A stretch of 64,000 nucleotides of DNA from Ostrea edulis (lineage: Eukaryota), in assembly GCF_947568905.1 (NCBI RefSeq), contig NC_079166.1, positions 43,462,001 through 43,526,000 on the forward strand. The letters are read 5' to 3'. Positions 24,547 through 39,100 of the stretch are shown here, in pieces. The position numbers and the translations under genes were made by a program. Each line of letters opens with the position of its first letter. Within the stretch, counting starts at the first letter, position 1. The notes below the pieces were generated by a model that was given only the letters and a program-made list of their open reading frames with translations, ran no database searches and was not told the DNA's origin.

Positions 24547-26189
24547 TTAGACCATCAGTCGAGATCCGGGGATGTAGCGGGACTCTCTCCAGATGTTAGA
24601 CTCTCCACAATTGTTCAGCTTTTTCTTGCACTGCTGGCAGCGATTGTATTTATCACACTGTTCGTGAAGGAGAGCCCCTGGAGCCAGATGGTGGAGTCGT
24701 TCCTGCATCTCACGTTCACGCTTCTGTTTGGAGGACTCGGCCCAATCCTCTTCTAAGCGTTTGCGGTTCAAGGATCTGTGCTGGAACCTCTTAGATCTAT
24801 CTTCCATCAACCTAGAAGAACAAGATCGGTTTATATTTATCATGGATGAAAAAAACCACAGATCATTCTTTGTAACTGCATTTTAAGAATACCCAGAATT
24901 AATTTAGCAATTTCCCATACATGTACCAATAATAGTGTTTATAACAAAGTACAAATGCTGTAAAATCACTGATTTCTGCAGGAAATTAAATTGTTGTTGC
25001 ATGGGCATACCCACAAATTCAAAACTTTAAAGGAACACCAGAAAAGTGCCAAGAAAACAACTACAGAATCATGACCCCATTATATGCTTATTTTTCTCAA
25101 ACCATGAAAATATGATCCAACTAAAGTAACAGTGAGAGTATATTAAAGCATTATCAGATCTCTTACATTCACAAATACAATCTTAACATTGGTCATACAT
25201 GTTCCAATAAATGCCTTTGCAATTGCATTATAGCAGATAAACAATGCATTTCTGCAATATGTATTCTTTGCACAAACAAAAAAGTAATAAGAAGCATTTT
25301 TAACAGAATCAATACAATTTGTACACATACAATGTATATCTGATAAATTTTGATGATGTAAATCTGCTTTTAAGTTACTTGCATTACTTGTCTTAGTTGA
25401 CAATGTATTATATTGATGGTTTCCAAAAATGAAAGAATTCATTTTTTTTCTACAAAATTAGGAATTTGCTAACTTTTCAAGTAATCGGAATGCTCAGTAT
25501 GGTAATAGCCCAGTCAGCAGAGCTTTAAAAATCATTTAATTTTGAATCTGATCCAGAAGGCTTCAAATTAGGCACAGATTGTTCCTTTGCTAAATCTTCT
25601 GTAGTACATTTTGAAGTGAAAGTCATTTGTATATTTAAAGGCATAACAGGTCGAGTTCTTGTGTCAATGACATGGCATTACCTAAATCATAAACCAAAAG
25701 CATGTGATCAAATTTGGCACTACATGTGATGTGATTTGAAATATTTCTACTTTGACCTTACTTAGGTTAACCTTTGACCATTAATAACGTCACTCCACTG
25801 CACTTTGTTTTAATTTTTAAAGGCATGGGTAACTTTAGTACAAGAGTATTAATACTGGTCAGAAAAAAATACCGGTCAGAAAAACCCTGATCCTGTTATG
25901 TTACATTGGTACAAATAGTATCAAATCTCCCATCAGCTCTCTCTCTCTCACACACTCTCTCTCTCTCTCTCTGATTTACACAATGATTAATTCTTGTTTG
26001 TTCCTCTCCAGCACTCTCTCTCTCTTCTCTCTCTCTCTCTGATTTACACAATGACTCACTCTTGTTTGTTCCTCTCCAGCACACCCTCCTCTCTCTCTCT
26101 CTCTCTGATTTACACAATGACTCACTCTTGTTTGTTCCTCTCCTGCACATCCTCTCTCTCTGATTTACACAATAACTCACTCTTGTTTG

Positions 26190-26232
<43 letters not shown>

Positions 26233-26325
26233 CACAATGACTCACTCTTGTTTGTTCCTCTTACACATCCTCTCTCTCTCTTTCTGATTTACACAATGAT
26301 TAATTCTTGTTTGTTCCTCTCCCGC

Positions 26326-26363
<38 letters not shown>

Positions 26364-26824
26364 TTACAAAATGACTCACTCTTGTTTGTTCCTCTCCAGC
26401 ACACACACCCCCCCTCTCTCTCTCTCTCTGATTTACACAATGACTCACTCTTATTTCTCTCTCTCTGATTTACAAAATGACTCACTCTTGTTTGTTCCTC
26501 TCTCTCTCTCTCTCTCTCTCTCTGATTTACAAAATGACTCACTCTTGTTTGTTCCTCTCCAGCACTCTCTCTCTCTCTGATTTACACAATGACTCACTCT
26601 TGATTGTTCCTCTCCAGCACACACCCCCCCCCTCTCTCTCTCTCTCTGATTTACACAATGACTCACTCGTTTGTTCCTCTCCAGCACACCCTTCTCTCTC
26701 TCTCTCTCTCTCTCAGATTTACACACTGACTCACTCTTGTTTGTTCCTCTCCAGCACATCCTCCCTCTCTCTCTCTCTCTCTAAGATTTACACAATGACT
26801 CACTCTTGTTTGTTCCTCTCCAGC

Positions 26825-26883
<59 letters not shown>

Positions 26884-26911
26884 ATGACTCACTCTTGTTT
26901 GTTCCTCTTGC

Positions 26912-26954
<43 letters not shown>

Positions 26955-29900
26955 CACAATGATTAATTCTTGTTTGTTCCTCTCCCACACATCCTCTCTC
27001 TCTCTCTCTCTCTCTGATTTACACAATGACTCACTCTTGTTTGTTCCTCTCCAGCACATCCTCCTCCTCTCTCTGTTCCATCAGCCTCTTGAGAATGGCC
27101 TCTCGTTTCTTCTGAGCCACCAGATCCTGCTGTTCTCTGAACAGTTCATATGCCCGTCTTCTCCTGTCTGCCATTTTGTCGTTGTTCATATCATTCTTTC
27201 CAAACACTTCTCCATCTGGTTCCCGTGGTGGCACTTGTAATGGTTTAAACTTCAACTGAAAACATGGACCAGTTCAATGTTTAAACAGTGCCTTGGTCTC
27301 CAGTGGGAATTTGTATGAAGTCACTGAAGAGCTTCAAAAACGAGTTTACTGCACCTCACCAGAACAAATTACTTCTCTTGTAGTGAAATCCCATAGATTA
27401 AAGAAATGGATTATTGAGCATACATGTATTATAAATGGGTATTTGTTCAATGGATCCCTTTAAATTTGAAAATAGACGTTTCTCAGCATTCGCTGTTCTA
27501 TGTGAAAGTTTGTATTGATTAAACTCTATTGATTCACTGGCAGCAGGAGAGATCTCTATGTACACTGTAATTAGTACTGTTTCTACAGGAATATATATAT
27601 ATACCAGTATTCATGCACAATACTGGGCACCTTGATTCTAAATTTTGACACTAAATATGCATCAAAAAGTTTGATACAATGACAACATATTCAGTATATT
27701 AGATTTGCTGGTTTCAAGTAATATATTGTGCCTGAACTATATTCAATTCATAGAGGAAGTTAAATTTTTGCAGTTGAATTAGAAAGCTAATATGTGACAA
27801 TGGCAATTTTCTGTTTAATAAATGAAATTTGGAGTTGAAAGTTTTCATTATTACATCATTATTTAGCAGTGTCGTAAAAGAATGATAAAAGTTTACATCA
27901 GTGTCAATTTTGATAGAAAATGGGATATTTCACATTCACTTTTAAAAAGAGAAACAAAGTGCAGACATGCTCCAACACCATTCAGAAAACTGGTGATTGA
28001 GCACATTTACATACGCTTTATTATTTCTAAATCAAAAATTGCATGAAAACTTGTTTAAGATATCTTATCACAGAAAATGACTTATGTGTGAGGTTAAAAA
28101 AAAAACTGGAGACAACCAATATTTCTAGTACCTATGTAGTTTTTATTGAGACATCTAGATTCTTTTAAGGGCAATTATTTGTAATGAACCAATACTCCAT
28201 GAATCTATTTTTTTTTTTATCATGTTGAATCTTAAGAAATTTCAAAGTATAAAGGGCACTAATTATTCATTTACTACAGACATAAAAATAGTAAATGCAT
28301 TGTTTACAAAATTACCATGTTTTAAATAAGATTTGGGGTGAGACGTCTTTGAATTTTTCAGATATGTATGTAGATTAAAGGCATATTTACTTCTCACAAA
28401 CAGCTAATCGATAAGAAATACTTGTTAAAAGCACCTGCCCATACCAAGTGGCACTAACAGACTAATGTGTAATATGAACAACTAAATAAACTTAATCTTC
28501 CAACTCTTCTCTCAAATACATATTGTAATTTATGTTCAATAGGAAATATTCTGCCATTAGTTTTTGTTAGTACAATGTGCAAAATCCAATAGAAAATCAT
28601 AAAGTGTTACAACAAACTAGCATTATGCACAACAGATATAGTACATGAAGCAAGAAACTCATGTCTTTGTCAGTCTGTGATACTGGTATCGGGGTCATAA
28701 TAAACAGATATTACTCAGGACAATGTACATTGATGTACAGGTAGACTGCTTATCACATCATCAAGACCAACGAATCAGAATATGGAACCATGCAGTATCC
28801 CATCACATATTTGAAGATTTTTACAATGATATGCAGAATTTGTAAAATATACCGGAGATCTGTTTCTCTGCAACTTCAATCTCTCGTTCATCCGCTCCGA
28901 CTTCGAATCTTCGAAAGGTTTGATGAGATTTGGGATCATGGGAAGAGAGCAATTGCCATTGCTGAGCTTGGGTTGAATGTAGGACCGGGGGGCATGGTCG
29001 ACTGTGTGCATTCGGACGGGCGCACACATGGATGGGGGTTCGGGTGTTCGCAAGAAACCGTCTAACTTACGGACACGATCTCTGACCTCAATCTAGCCAG
29101 CAGAGCAAAGGAAAGGTTTGTAAGCAAAATTAGAAGTTAGAAAGCTGCAGAAAAAGAGTAATATCTATGATGTATTCTATTTCAATCAGCTCAGGGTTAT
29201 GAAAGTTGGGAAAACCCCATTACTATTCCACTTCATCTTGCAAAGTCATTTCACATAAAGTTTTGGGCTTTTACAACGCTGAACTGATATTTCTCAAGTG
29301 AAATGCAGACAGGAAGACTGAATTGAATTTTACTGTAGTTCTGTTTTGAACATTAAAAATAATGTATCTGAATGACTATTGAAATATTCAGTCTCCCAGT
29401 TCAAAGCTTGGCATTAAAAAGTACATAAAAAGATGGTATTAGAAGGATTTAGAAAAGTTTCTATTCTTGGATATACATGTAACTGCCTGCTGACAAGCAC
29501 TCTTCTACTAAGGCAAGCATCTATATTCATCTAATATGTTGGATATAAAAGCATGTACATGTGTCACCTATGGAAATTATCAAAATACACACTTTCAGTG
29601 AACTGATTCATTTTAATTTTGTAATTTGAAAAAAACCTACTTTCTAATACTTTCAAGTGTAAGTTACAATTTTAATGTTTTATGTACATGCTTTGTAAAG
29701 GATTCTCTGTAGACAGAAATATTAGCAGCTGTGGTGTACGAATGTTAGAAGGATTAGTCAATGTTTTGTTAATTAATGTGCAGACGATGTGACATTCTAC
29801 CTGGGCCTCCAGAGCATTCTTGTACATGTCCTGTTGATCCTGTTTGTCTCGGATGAACTGCTCTCTCTGAGCTGCTAGACTGTAAGAACAGAACCAATGT

Positions 29901-32715
29901 ATACATAAATACACAATGTACCTATACCCCTGCCAATACACATAGGTGTGTGGTTATCAATAACAACTTTAAGTTGTAATGCATTGATAATCAAGCTGTT
30001 TTGTGAACTAAACATGGACATATTGCGTTCTTCATCAAAATGAAATTTTCTACAGCAGGTGATTAATGCTGAAAATGAATATATTTGTTGTGATGTTGTG
30101 TTAAAAGTCTTAGTTGCAGGCTCTATATTTTGAAATGTAAATTATGAACAGATTCCTGGAGTAAATATCTAAGTTGCTTGTGTTATGGTGGTATAAAAAC
30201 AATTGAAACAAAAGATAATTCGTTAATCCACGAAATCGATTACGCATTAATTTTCCATACTTCTATTGTTTTAAATTTTACTTGTTCATATCAAATTGAT
30301 ATGTCAGCTAGTGTTTTATTGAGAAATATGATACATGTACAATGAAACAGCATAGGAGTATCATGAAGAAAACATTAATAAATGTAGATATTGTCCTATA
30401 TATACAAAACATTAGTAACTGTAGATATTGTCCTATATATACTCACTCTTCAGCCAGCTGAACCTGTTCTAATCTCCCCAAAAAATCCTCATCAGCTCTC
30501 CTCTTCTGCTTCACTGTGTCTTTGGCAGTCACCTTGAATAAAGAGATTAACTTTTATAGTTATCATATTCCCCAGAGAATGTTTGAAAAAATATACTCCA
30601 AATGATTAATCTTCATGTATCTTTACATTGCTTTGGCTATACAAAATGTGAAGTAAGAGAGATAACTCCATGTCCTGATATTTTTTTTTTTTACCTGTCC
30701 TGCCAGGTCCCCAGCGTACTCTCTCTGTTTGAATACTCTGGGCGGAGTTAGGGGACGCTTTTGGAATATGTAAGATTTCTGGAAAAAGAAATAATTAATA
30801 TAAACATATTGATAAGATTCTTTCATTGTTAGGATTTCTATTTCATTTTTTTTAAACAATAAATTTCTATTCAGCTTACATGGAAATCCATATCTCTGCT
30901 CTTTTTCTTGTGAGTAACGGCTTCTGCCACTCCAAGATTAAAAGCAGCCATCTTCTGTAAGTCGTGACGCTTAACTAGCATACCCTCCTGTCAAAGTGTA
31001 AGAAACTTGATTTCAGGGTCATCAATATACAAATATTTGATCCTATTGAATGAGCAACTTATACTCTCAAGTTCTCGATTTATCCTGTATAATGGTCGAT
31101 TTAATCTAATCATACTTAACAAATATGCTTGACAATCCACTTTATCAGAGGAAACATCTGAATTTTTAATTTGATGATTACTTTTGTGACCCAGTAAGAG
31201 AAATACCTGATCTTTCAGTGTGTCCTCTGCGTCCTTCATGTACTGGTACTGTTGTAGAAGTTTATCCTCCTCTGCCTCACGTCTACGTCTTTCTTCAGTG
31301 AAGGACACTGGGATATTTCTTCTTGACCGCTGGTGACAGAGGTAGCAGAGCTCCTGGCCGGCGTTAGGGTGCCCACAGGCAGACTGGGGAGGTGTAGGGG
31401 GCTTAACTGGCTTGTCCAGGGCTTCACAGCTCTGGGATCTCTGCAGGGGAGTTAACTTGGGAGAAATGGATTTTCTCTGGGGCAAACTGTGACAAAAGAT
31501 AAAGATTTTTATTCAAAAACAGTTGTCTTTAGGACAAAACACAGCTTTCATTCTATTTAAGGTACTCTGTACTACTGTATAATAGCAAATTTTTGCCCCA
31601 GTTTATCTTAAGCCAATTTGCTCTTATCTTTGATGAATATATTCAAATCTGAGAGAATTTATGAAATAATTACTCTTCTGAGTATCAAGACATCACTTTG
31701 GGCAAACTTAAACTGGACAAAAATTATTTTTACTGTGTCTAGGCATGCAAAATAACATCAGGTGCAGAAATGTTCACAAAGAGTTTAACTACTACATGTA
31801 GGATTGTCCCTAAACTACTGCTGGAGAGCTGCATTTTACATGTATCCATTATTTACTGGGCCTGTGTTATCTACCCTTGGCATTAGTTATAGTAACATTA
31901 TATACTGGGCCTGTGTTAACTACCCTTGGCATTAGTTATACTAACATTATTTACTGTTAGTTATAGTAACATTATATACTGGGCCTGTGTTAACTACCCT
32001 TGGCATTAGTTATAGTAACATTATTTACTGGGCCTGTGTTAACTACCCTTGGCATTAGTTATACTAACATTATTTACTGTTAGTTATAGTAACATTATAT
32101 ACTGGGCCTGTGTTAACTACCCTTGGCATTAGTTATAGTAACATTATTTACTGGGCCTGTGTTAACTACCCTTGGCATTAGTTATAGTAACATTATTTAC
32201 TGGGTCTGTGTTAACTACCCTTGGCATTAGTTGCAGTAGCATTATTTCACTTTGGGCATCGCTGATAGGATTATTTGCATTATGGAAAATCAATAACAGT
32301 CAAATGGCAAGGCAATAAATTCTTGTCAAAGGCTATATAGGAATTGTTTATCATCAATGTCACACTAGTTAACATTAGATATTGAACATGAAATCAATAC
32401 ATATTTACAGTAATTGCAATTCATTTGCTAAATTGTAAGTAAATACTTGAAAGTATTCATCATTGTTTGGGGGTGTAATTTCTAAGTGTTCTTAGTTGTA
32501 TCATGTATGTATAAATTACAAATAAAACTTTATTGGTCCATGATCAAAGCTCACTACAATATTCATGAACAAAGAAAAGAAATTCCTTCCAGGATACACA
32601 GAGTCTGACCTTAACAACAAAACTGAACAACAAATTCTAAATTTCTGAATTTTGACAGGAATGCCCCATCAAGGGTTACAGATTTCTACATACAAGTGCT
32701 GCAGAGTAATAAATT

Positions 32716-32746
<31 letters not shown>

Positions 32747-33070
32747 TTGTTCTCACATTACTTATAAAGTACTGTAAACCAACTTTTATTCACTGCTACT
32801 TTATTTCGCAATTCATCTGTAGTAAACTGGTTCATGGCTAGTAATTTTCACGATTGAGCCTTTTTCATTAATACATGTATGACAGACATTCAAGGACTGG
32901 TTTGCAACGAGAAATATTCACAACAATGAGGTTCTCGTTAATCTTGCGAAATTTTCTCACACGCAAATAAAAGTTGGCTTTATCATAAAGGGTTGTATAT
33001 AAATTTCTTTGTTTTAAGACATGTTCAAAATAAAATTAGCAAAACACACATGTGCTATCAAAGTTCCATT

Positions 33071-33118
<48 letters not shown>

Positions 33119-36100
33119 CTTAACCACAACCTTTTACATTGGGCCAGTAAAACTCAAATGTTTTGATTTCCAAAGCCATTATCCTCTTCCATTGTGCATC
33201 TATCTGGCATATTACTGTCACATAATTTCAAAAACACAAAGAATTGCTCAATATCACCATAAGGCTAAGATTAAAAAGACATGTTTGTCCTCACCCAACT
33301 AATGGTAAGAGATATCCCCGACTCCATTTCTCTTTTCACCGATTACAGAATTTTGAAGGTATCTGTCATAATTTTTCTTGGTTTCTAACTTTTTTAAGAA
33401 ACAAAATCTTACCTACCTATTCAGATTTTGATGGAGTATGGGGAGGTCAAACAAAGGTATTCTTAAAGATAGCCTAACAGTAACTTTATTGTGTCACATA
33501 ACATCAACCCCAGCATGCATGTACACCATATTTTCCTCATCCAATTTAGCAAAGAGAATACTACCTGTCCCGATTTATTGCAGGCAGAGGGGTAAGGAAT
33601 TTGTTTGGTTTGCTTAGATCATAAGAGGTAAAGGTCAAGGCTCTGACTAATGAAGCTGAATTTAATCTGAAATTTAATCATCAATCTTTGCTCTTTAGCA
33701 TTTTTAATGAATTATGTACATTTAAGAGATAGATTTCATTTTTGAAAAATTGACTACTACCTCAGAAAAGTGAAAGTATAAAGTACTTTATTTAAGATCA
33801 AAGTTGCTTCGTTTGTAATAAAGGAACTCCTGTACAATTAGCTTCCACAATAACATTGATTCCTTCATTCTATATGCACTCTTCTGGTTCTGAGAATGAT
33901 AGTGTATGATTGGCAGTAGGCATTACTTATTACTAGATCATCTAAGTACTGTCATTTTAATCTTTAAAGAAATCCCAACATTCACTCACCCATCAGAAAT
34001 GTCTCTAAATGGGGCAGGAGAGGATCGGTGAAGCAGCCCGGGAGAGGGGGCAGATTTAGGGGTCAGGTTTGAGGGTATCAAGTCATCCAGGAGACACACC
34101 CCTGTGGCCTGAGCCATTGGCATGGCGAGACGGGACCCTGCCCGGCTGGGGGCCATGGGTGGCTTCTTGGTATCTGTAAAAGTGAAAAATAATATGAATA
34201 GAGCACCAAAACTGTGTAAGAATGTATAACATGAAATGAAGTTTTATTTAAATACATGTGGACATCGATCTATATGAAATATTAAAAAATCACATCTGTA
34301 TTGCATTCTTTACTGAATAGTTGATCTACATGCACTAAACATTAAAATGTAAAATTACAATTCTTCTATTGGGGGGGGGGGGGGGGGGGGTGTTCTAAAT
34401 TCCTAAGTTTCCATGGTACTGACAAGCCCATGAATTAAAATCCTCCTCACACAGGAGTTAATAATTTACCAATTAAGAATTACAACAATTTAGCCATGAA
34501 ACCAAGACCCCCACAAAAATGTTACTTTTTTTTTCTCAAACAGTGTTAATTTGGCAACACATAAATAAGTGATTAAACAATATAGGCATGGATATTTTTT
34601 TTTACAATTAATACTGTCATCAAATTTTTTAAAAATCTTCATGATTTTATAATATATATATCTGTCAAGTGATCTTACAAAATCTTTCAGAAACAATCAC
34701 TGTAAGCACCGATACATTTCATTACCTTCATCACTTTGTATTCGAGGTCCCAAAGTTATGCGGTCCAACTTAGCATTTTTCCCTGTGTAGCTATTCCACC
34801 CATTAAAGATACTTAATCCAAACATATTTATAAAATAACAGGAAATTTGAAATGATGCCTAGGGAAAAAATATCACAATATCACTTCGTTCCGAGCTTGT
34901 CCGTTGGTACAAAGTATTCTGGATACTTATTACTAATTAATGCTGCCATAGCAATCGCACCATCATCCATTCAACCATCAGATAACCCCAGACAATTAAC
35001 AGCCTGACTCCAGTCATGTATATATCTACCCTGTTTCACTGTGTCGATGCTTCAAATGTTAATAGATGACAGGTATATCTTTAATCATCAGAGGAAGTAA
35101 TTTTAAATTTGTACACAACTCTTGTTTTTCAATGAATACATCAAATTCAATTTCTTTTAACCATTAAGTTTTACTGGGAAAATTGCCTGAATGAATTTTC
35201 AGGATAAAACAACGGTTACGAAAAATCATGTCTGATAAAAAAAAAAAAGTTCAATAATTAACAATAATTCTCTCAAAACCATAATTTATGATGTGGATTT
35301 AAGATAAACGTTATCAAACAAACTGCAGGCATTCCAATGTCATTAATTATGAATAAACTGAATTCTCGTGGGATTGGACCAAAAACATTTCAAAGGTCCG
35401 TTGTCAAGGCACTGTATTTGTTTTATGCAGCACTAGAATTCTAAGATAAAAGACAAGTGAACCGACAACTCATTTTTTATTCATTGGGTTAAGATAATAG
35501 CACCATGGAAGGTAATTAGTGATGAAAAATACCCATCACAGGAGGTGTAAAACATCAATTATGTAGACCCGTTTGAAATACCCAGTTAAAAAATATTAAA
35601 ACTGCTTCCGTTCAATTAGGCCATTATGAAATTGCTTGTTTAAATCATGTAGATCAGTTTTAAGTTTTTATTTAAACTCTCAAGAATAAAGTCAACATTT
35701 CATTTCAGATATATTAAGTAGAATTTTCTTGGTACACCTTATACAAACACAAAGTGAAGTATATTACAAGATTTATGGAGAGGTTTGTATACCATTACAT
35801 GTTAATAATATCACAGAAGTTTGATTAAGACACAAAAAAAATAGTATGTATCTTTCAGAAATTGGCAATCAGAGTACAAAAGAACAGTACAATGAAAAAG
35901 CTGCATTTTAAGTAATGTTAGTTTAAGTGAAATTAGAATTAATTTCAGTGATTAAAGTTGAGTGTCAATAAAGCACAAATCACATTAAAACAGTGACAAC
36001 TATGCAGAATATGAAATAAGTCTTTTTTTCTACATTCTTTTGAAATTTGTTCAACGTTGAATGAATCTTTTCTTTTAATTCAATGCTTGTGGTAAGCAAT

Positions 36101-39100
36101 CCCCTTCATCTCTCTCAATAAACAATTGTACAGTGAAGCTCATTTATAAGGAACTTGTTTGAAGCAAATACCTGTATATCCGTAATTTGTAATCACATTT
36201 GCCGAGGAAGTTATGCATTAATTCAGTCCTGTTTGTGCATCTTTATGTGTGTGTATATCTGTCTATAAGCTTACATTAAAATATCTTTTAAAAGATTAAA
36301 TTTTTTACCAAAGAGCGGTAACTCTAAAAAGACAGATGAGATTTGTGTTTGGAATCCTTGCAGTCTTTAAGCACTCTCGTATTTGATAATGATTTAATTG
36401 TTTTGAACTTAATTCTTCCAGAAATATACTTCATGTAAGTAATATTTTTTCAATAAGACATGTTATATGATAAAAAAAAATCCAATATACCATCTTCCCC
36501 ATCCAGGAGTTTGATTTGCGTGTATCCTCTGGATGAGAGTGAGCAAATCGTACACTTGGGATTGGAATTAGATACAAATATAGAGGCATAATGAATAACA
36601 GATAAACAGAACCAATTTTCCTCTGTCTCGCTGTATATGCAAGTTACTGTATTAGTATGGAAAGAAGGCTCACAGTACTTCACCAAACACTACTCACACT
36701 CCTCTCCTATGGCTGGTAAAATTCTTTCTGTGTCGAAGTAGTCCCTTCTGGGGACTATAGAGTCAAAGAAAATGTGTATGTCAGTATTAGTAATTTAGAA
36801 ATCAGTCAAAACTGATCAAAATGTAAGCAGGGTACTATCATGGTCCATGACTCTACTATCAAGCACAGATCCAGAGAAGAGATGGGGGAGGGTACAAAAG
36901 TACATATCTGTTAAATAAGTTGGCCTAACTTAAGTGCCAAAACCTGCAAATTGAATCCTTGAGTAGGTTGGAAATGCTCTTTGAAAATTTGATCCAGGGT
37001 ATCTCCACTTTGAAAAACTTTTGGATCTGTGCATGATAATTGTTGTTGATACTTGTTATAGATATATAGATTGTAAACATATACAGTTGTTTCCATCTAT
37101 TGAAGTCAAGAAATGTCATTTGTATAAATTAGAAATAATTGTTAAATTGCAAAATTTTCTAGTAGTGAAACTTTTCATATGTACTTTAATAAGTGAAATG
37201 GTAAAGACTCATCTTTCTTTTTAAAAAATCAAAAGTGGATATTGAATATGGTACATGTAACTTTCATAAATGTCAAGAAATTTGATGATCAATTCCTCTG
37301 TAAAAGCGACAATAGTTATCATTAATCTATATTTATGGCTTGATGAGATGCTAATTGCAATACCTTAAAGCAAAACCTTCATTAGTCCCAAAATAAAAAT
37401 CTCTTCATGAAATTGATTTGAATACATGTACTAACTGTACTATGGATATAGACTAAATGTATGAAAATGTGGCAGCAAACTGTTTGTCTCTTATCAGCAT
37501 CATGAAACTGAACATATCTGGCTTTTACAACGAATCGTTTTCCTACAGTTTGTTCATAACTTCCTTGTCACAATGGTGAAATCAATTGATGCTATTGACC
37601 ATTTGTTTAGATAAGGAATTTTGATCAATACAAATCAAGACCCGATACCTTTCTAATTTATGGCAGATATACAGGGACAGTGGCTGATCTAAGGCATAAG
37701 CCATCTCATTGGAATTTTCCAAAAATCAATCTAGCTCAAATATTATAACCAAGAATCTCTGTGTTTATCTTGTCTTGTCAAATATAACACCTTGCCAACA
37801 CATTGGTGTTCTGAATTTACTGGACTGAGATTTAAATACCTTGTAGACCTTTAATTGTGCAGTTAAAACAAATTACTCTGAATCTCATAATGATATATAA
37901 ACCATTTTATTCCAAAGCCCCCAATATTTCTGCTAAAACCCCAAGATACTGACCCAACTAGAAGTCATTTAAGATTTTCAAACTTTTATCCACAGAACTT
38001 GATAGAGACATCTTGCTGACTCTAACTTTTTGCAGCGTAACTTCATTTAAACATAATTAAGTATCCGTTAAGTGATTTGTCTGTGAGGATGAACGTACAC
38101 CAGTAAGAGACAGTCCCCAATATAATGTGCACATTTCTCACACACGAAGACAATCTCTCCTGCTATAAGTGATTCAAAGACTGAATAAATGCATGTGATG
38201 CTGTGTGATTTGTTACTTAAACAGTGTCTTAATAAACTTTATTATCATCCAAAAATGTAATGAAGATTGGATATTTTTCAATTGTCATCATTCCAGTCAC
38301 AATAACAGACTTAATTTGTGCGAGGTTAAGCTTGCTGGCGGAAATCATCCATGTAAATTGGGGGTTAACATGTATGCCATTCAATTGATTTAAAGCTTTA
38401 ATTACCTTCAAATGATGTGTATCCTTCCAACTCCCCTGCAACAGGTGCATTGATTGGTTGTAAGTTTTCCTCTGTGATTGGTTGACCTCTGTCCTCTATG
38501 TGACGGATGGCTTCATCAGTAGCCAGGTTCCCAAACTCCGGCCCCTCCATCCCCTCTTGTTTGTATAATTCCTGGGAGGGATAAGTGGGTATGTCCTCAG
38601 TTTGTGCGGGGATCATCTCAAAAGGCTCTAACTCAATGGGGGCTGGGTGGGTTACCTCCATGATATCAGCTGGCATCATATGAGGATTATTCTGAACCTC
38701 TAGAGGGACAGCTTCATCTTGCTCTGCCACAGGAGCAAGTGCACCAGGGCCCCCTGATCCAAAATTGGTACTGCTTATTCTGAAACGAATATGTCAGAGG
38801 GTATGAAGATGGTATTGCTCAAACTTACACGCCTTACATGAAAATTTCATACCCTGTATCATTTCTGACAGATTTGTTACATATGGTGTTGAAGACAAAA
38901 CACACTTGTTTACTTGACTTGTGTGGTTAAATTGACTTACTTTGGCAGAATGACTGTTGCACTGGAGGCAGGCCTAGACGAAACTCTATCTGACATCACA
39001 GAGTCCACTGTGCCTGGTCTCTAAAAACCCAATGTCATAATTAATCAGGATACACATTAAATATAAAAGAGGTCAAATAATATGTAATTGGGAACAGCCA

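Noticed and set aside
25896-27240. Numerous ORFs with ERERER / SLSLSL repeats
   Set aside because: Translation artefacts of the (GA)n-containing minisatellite; only 27255-27035 is a real exon.
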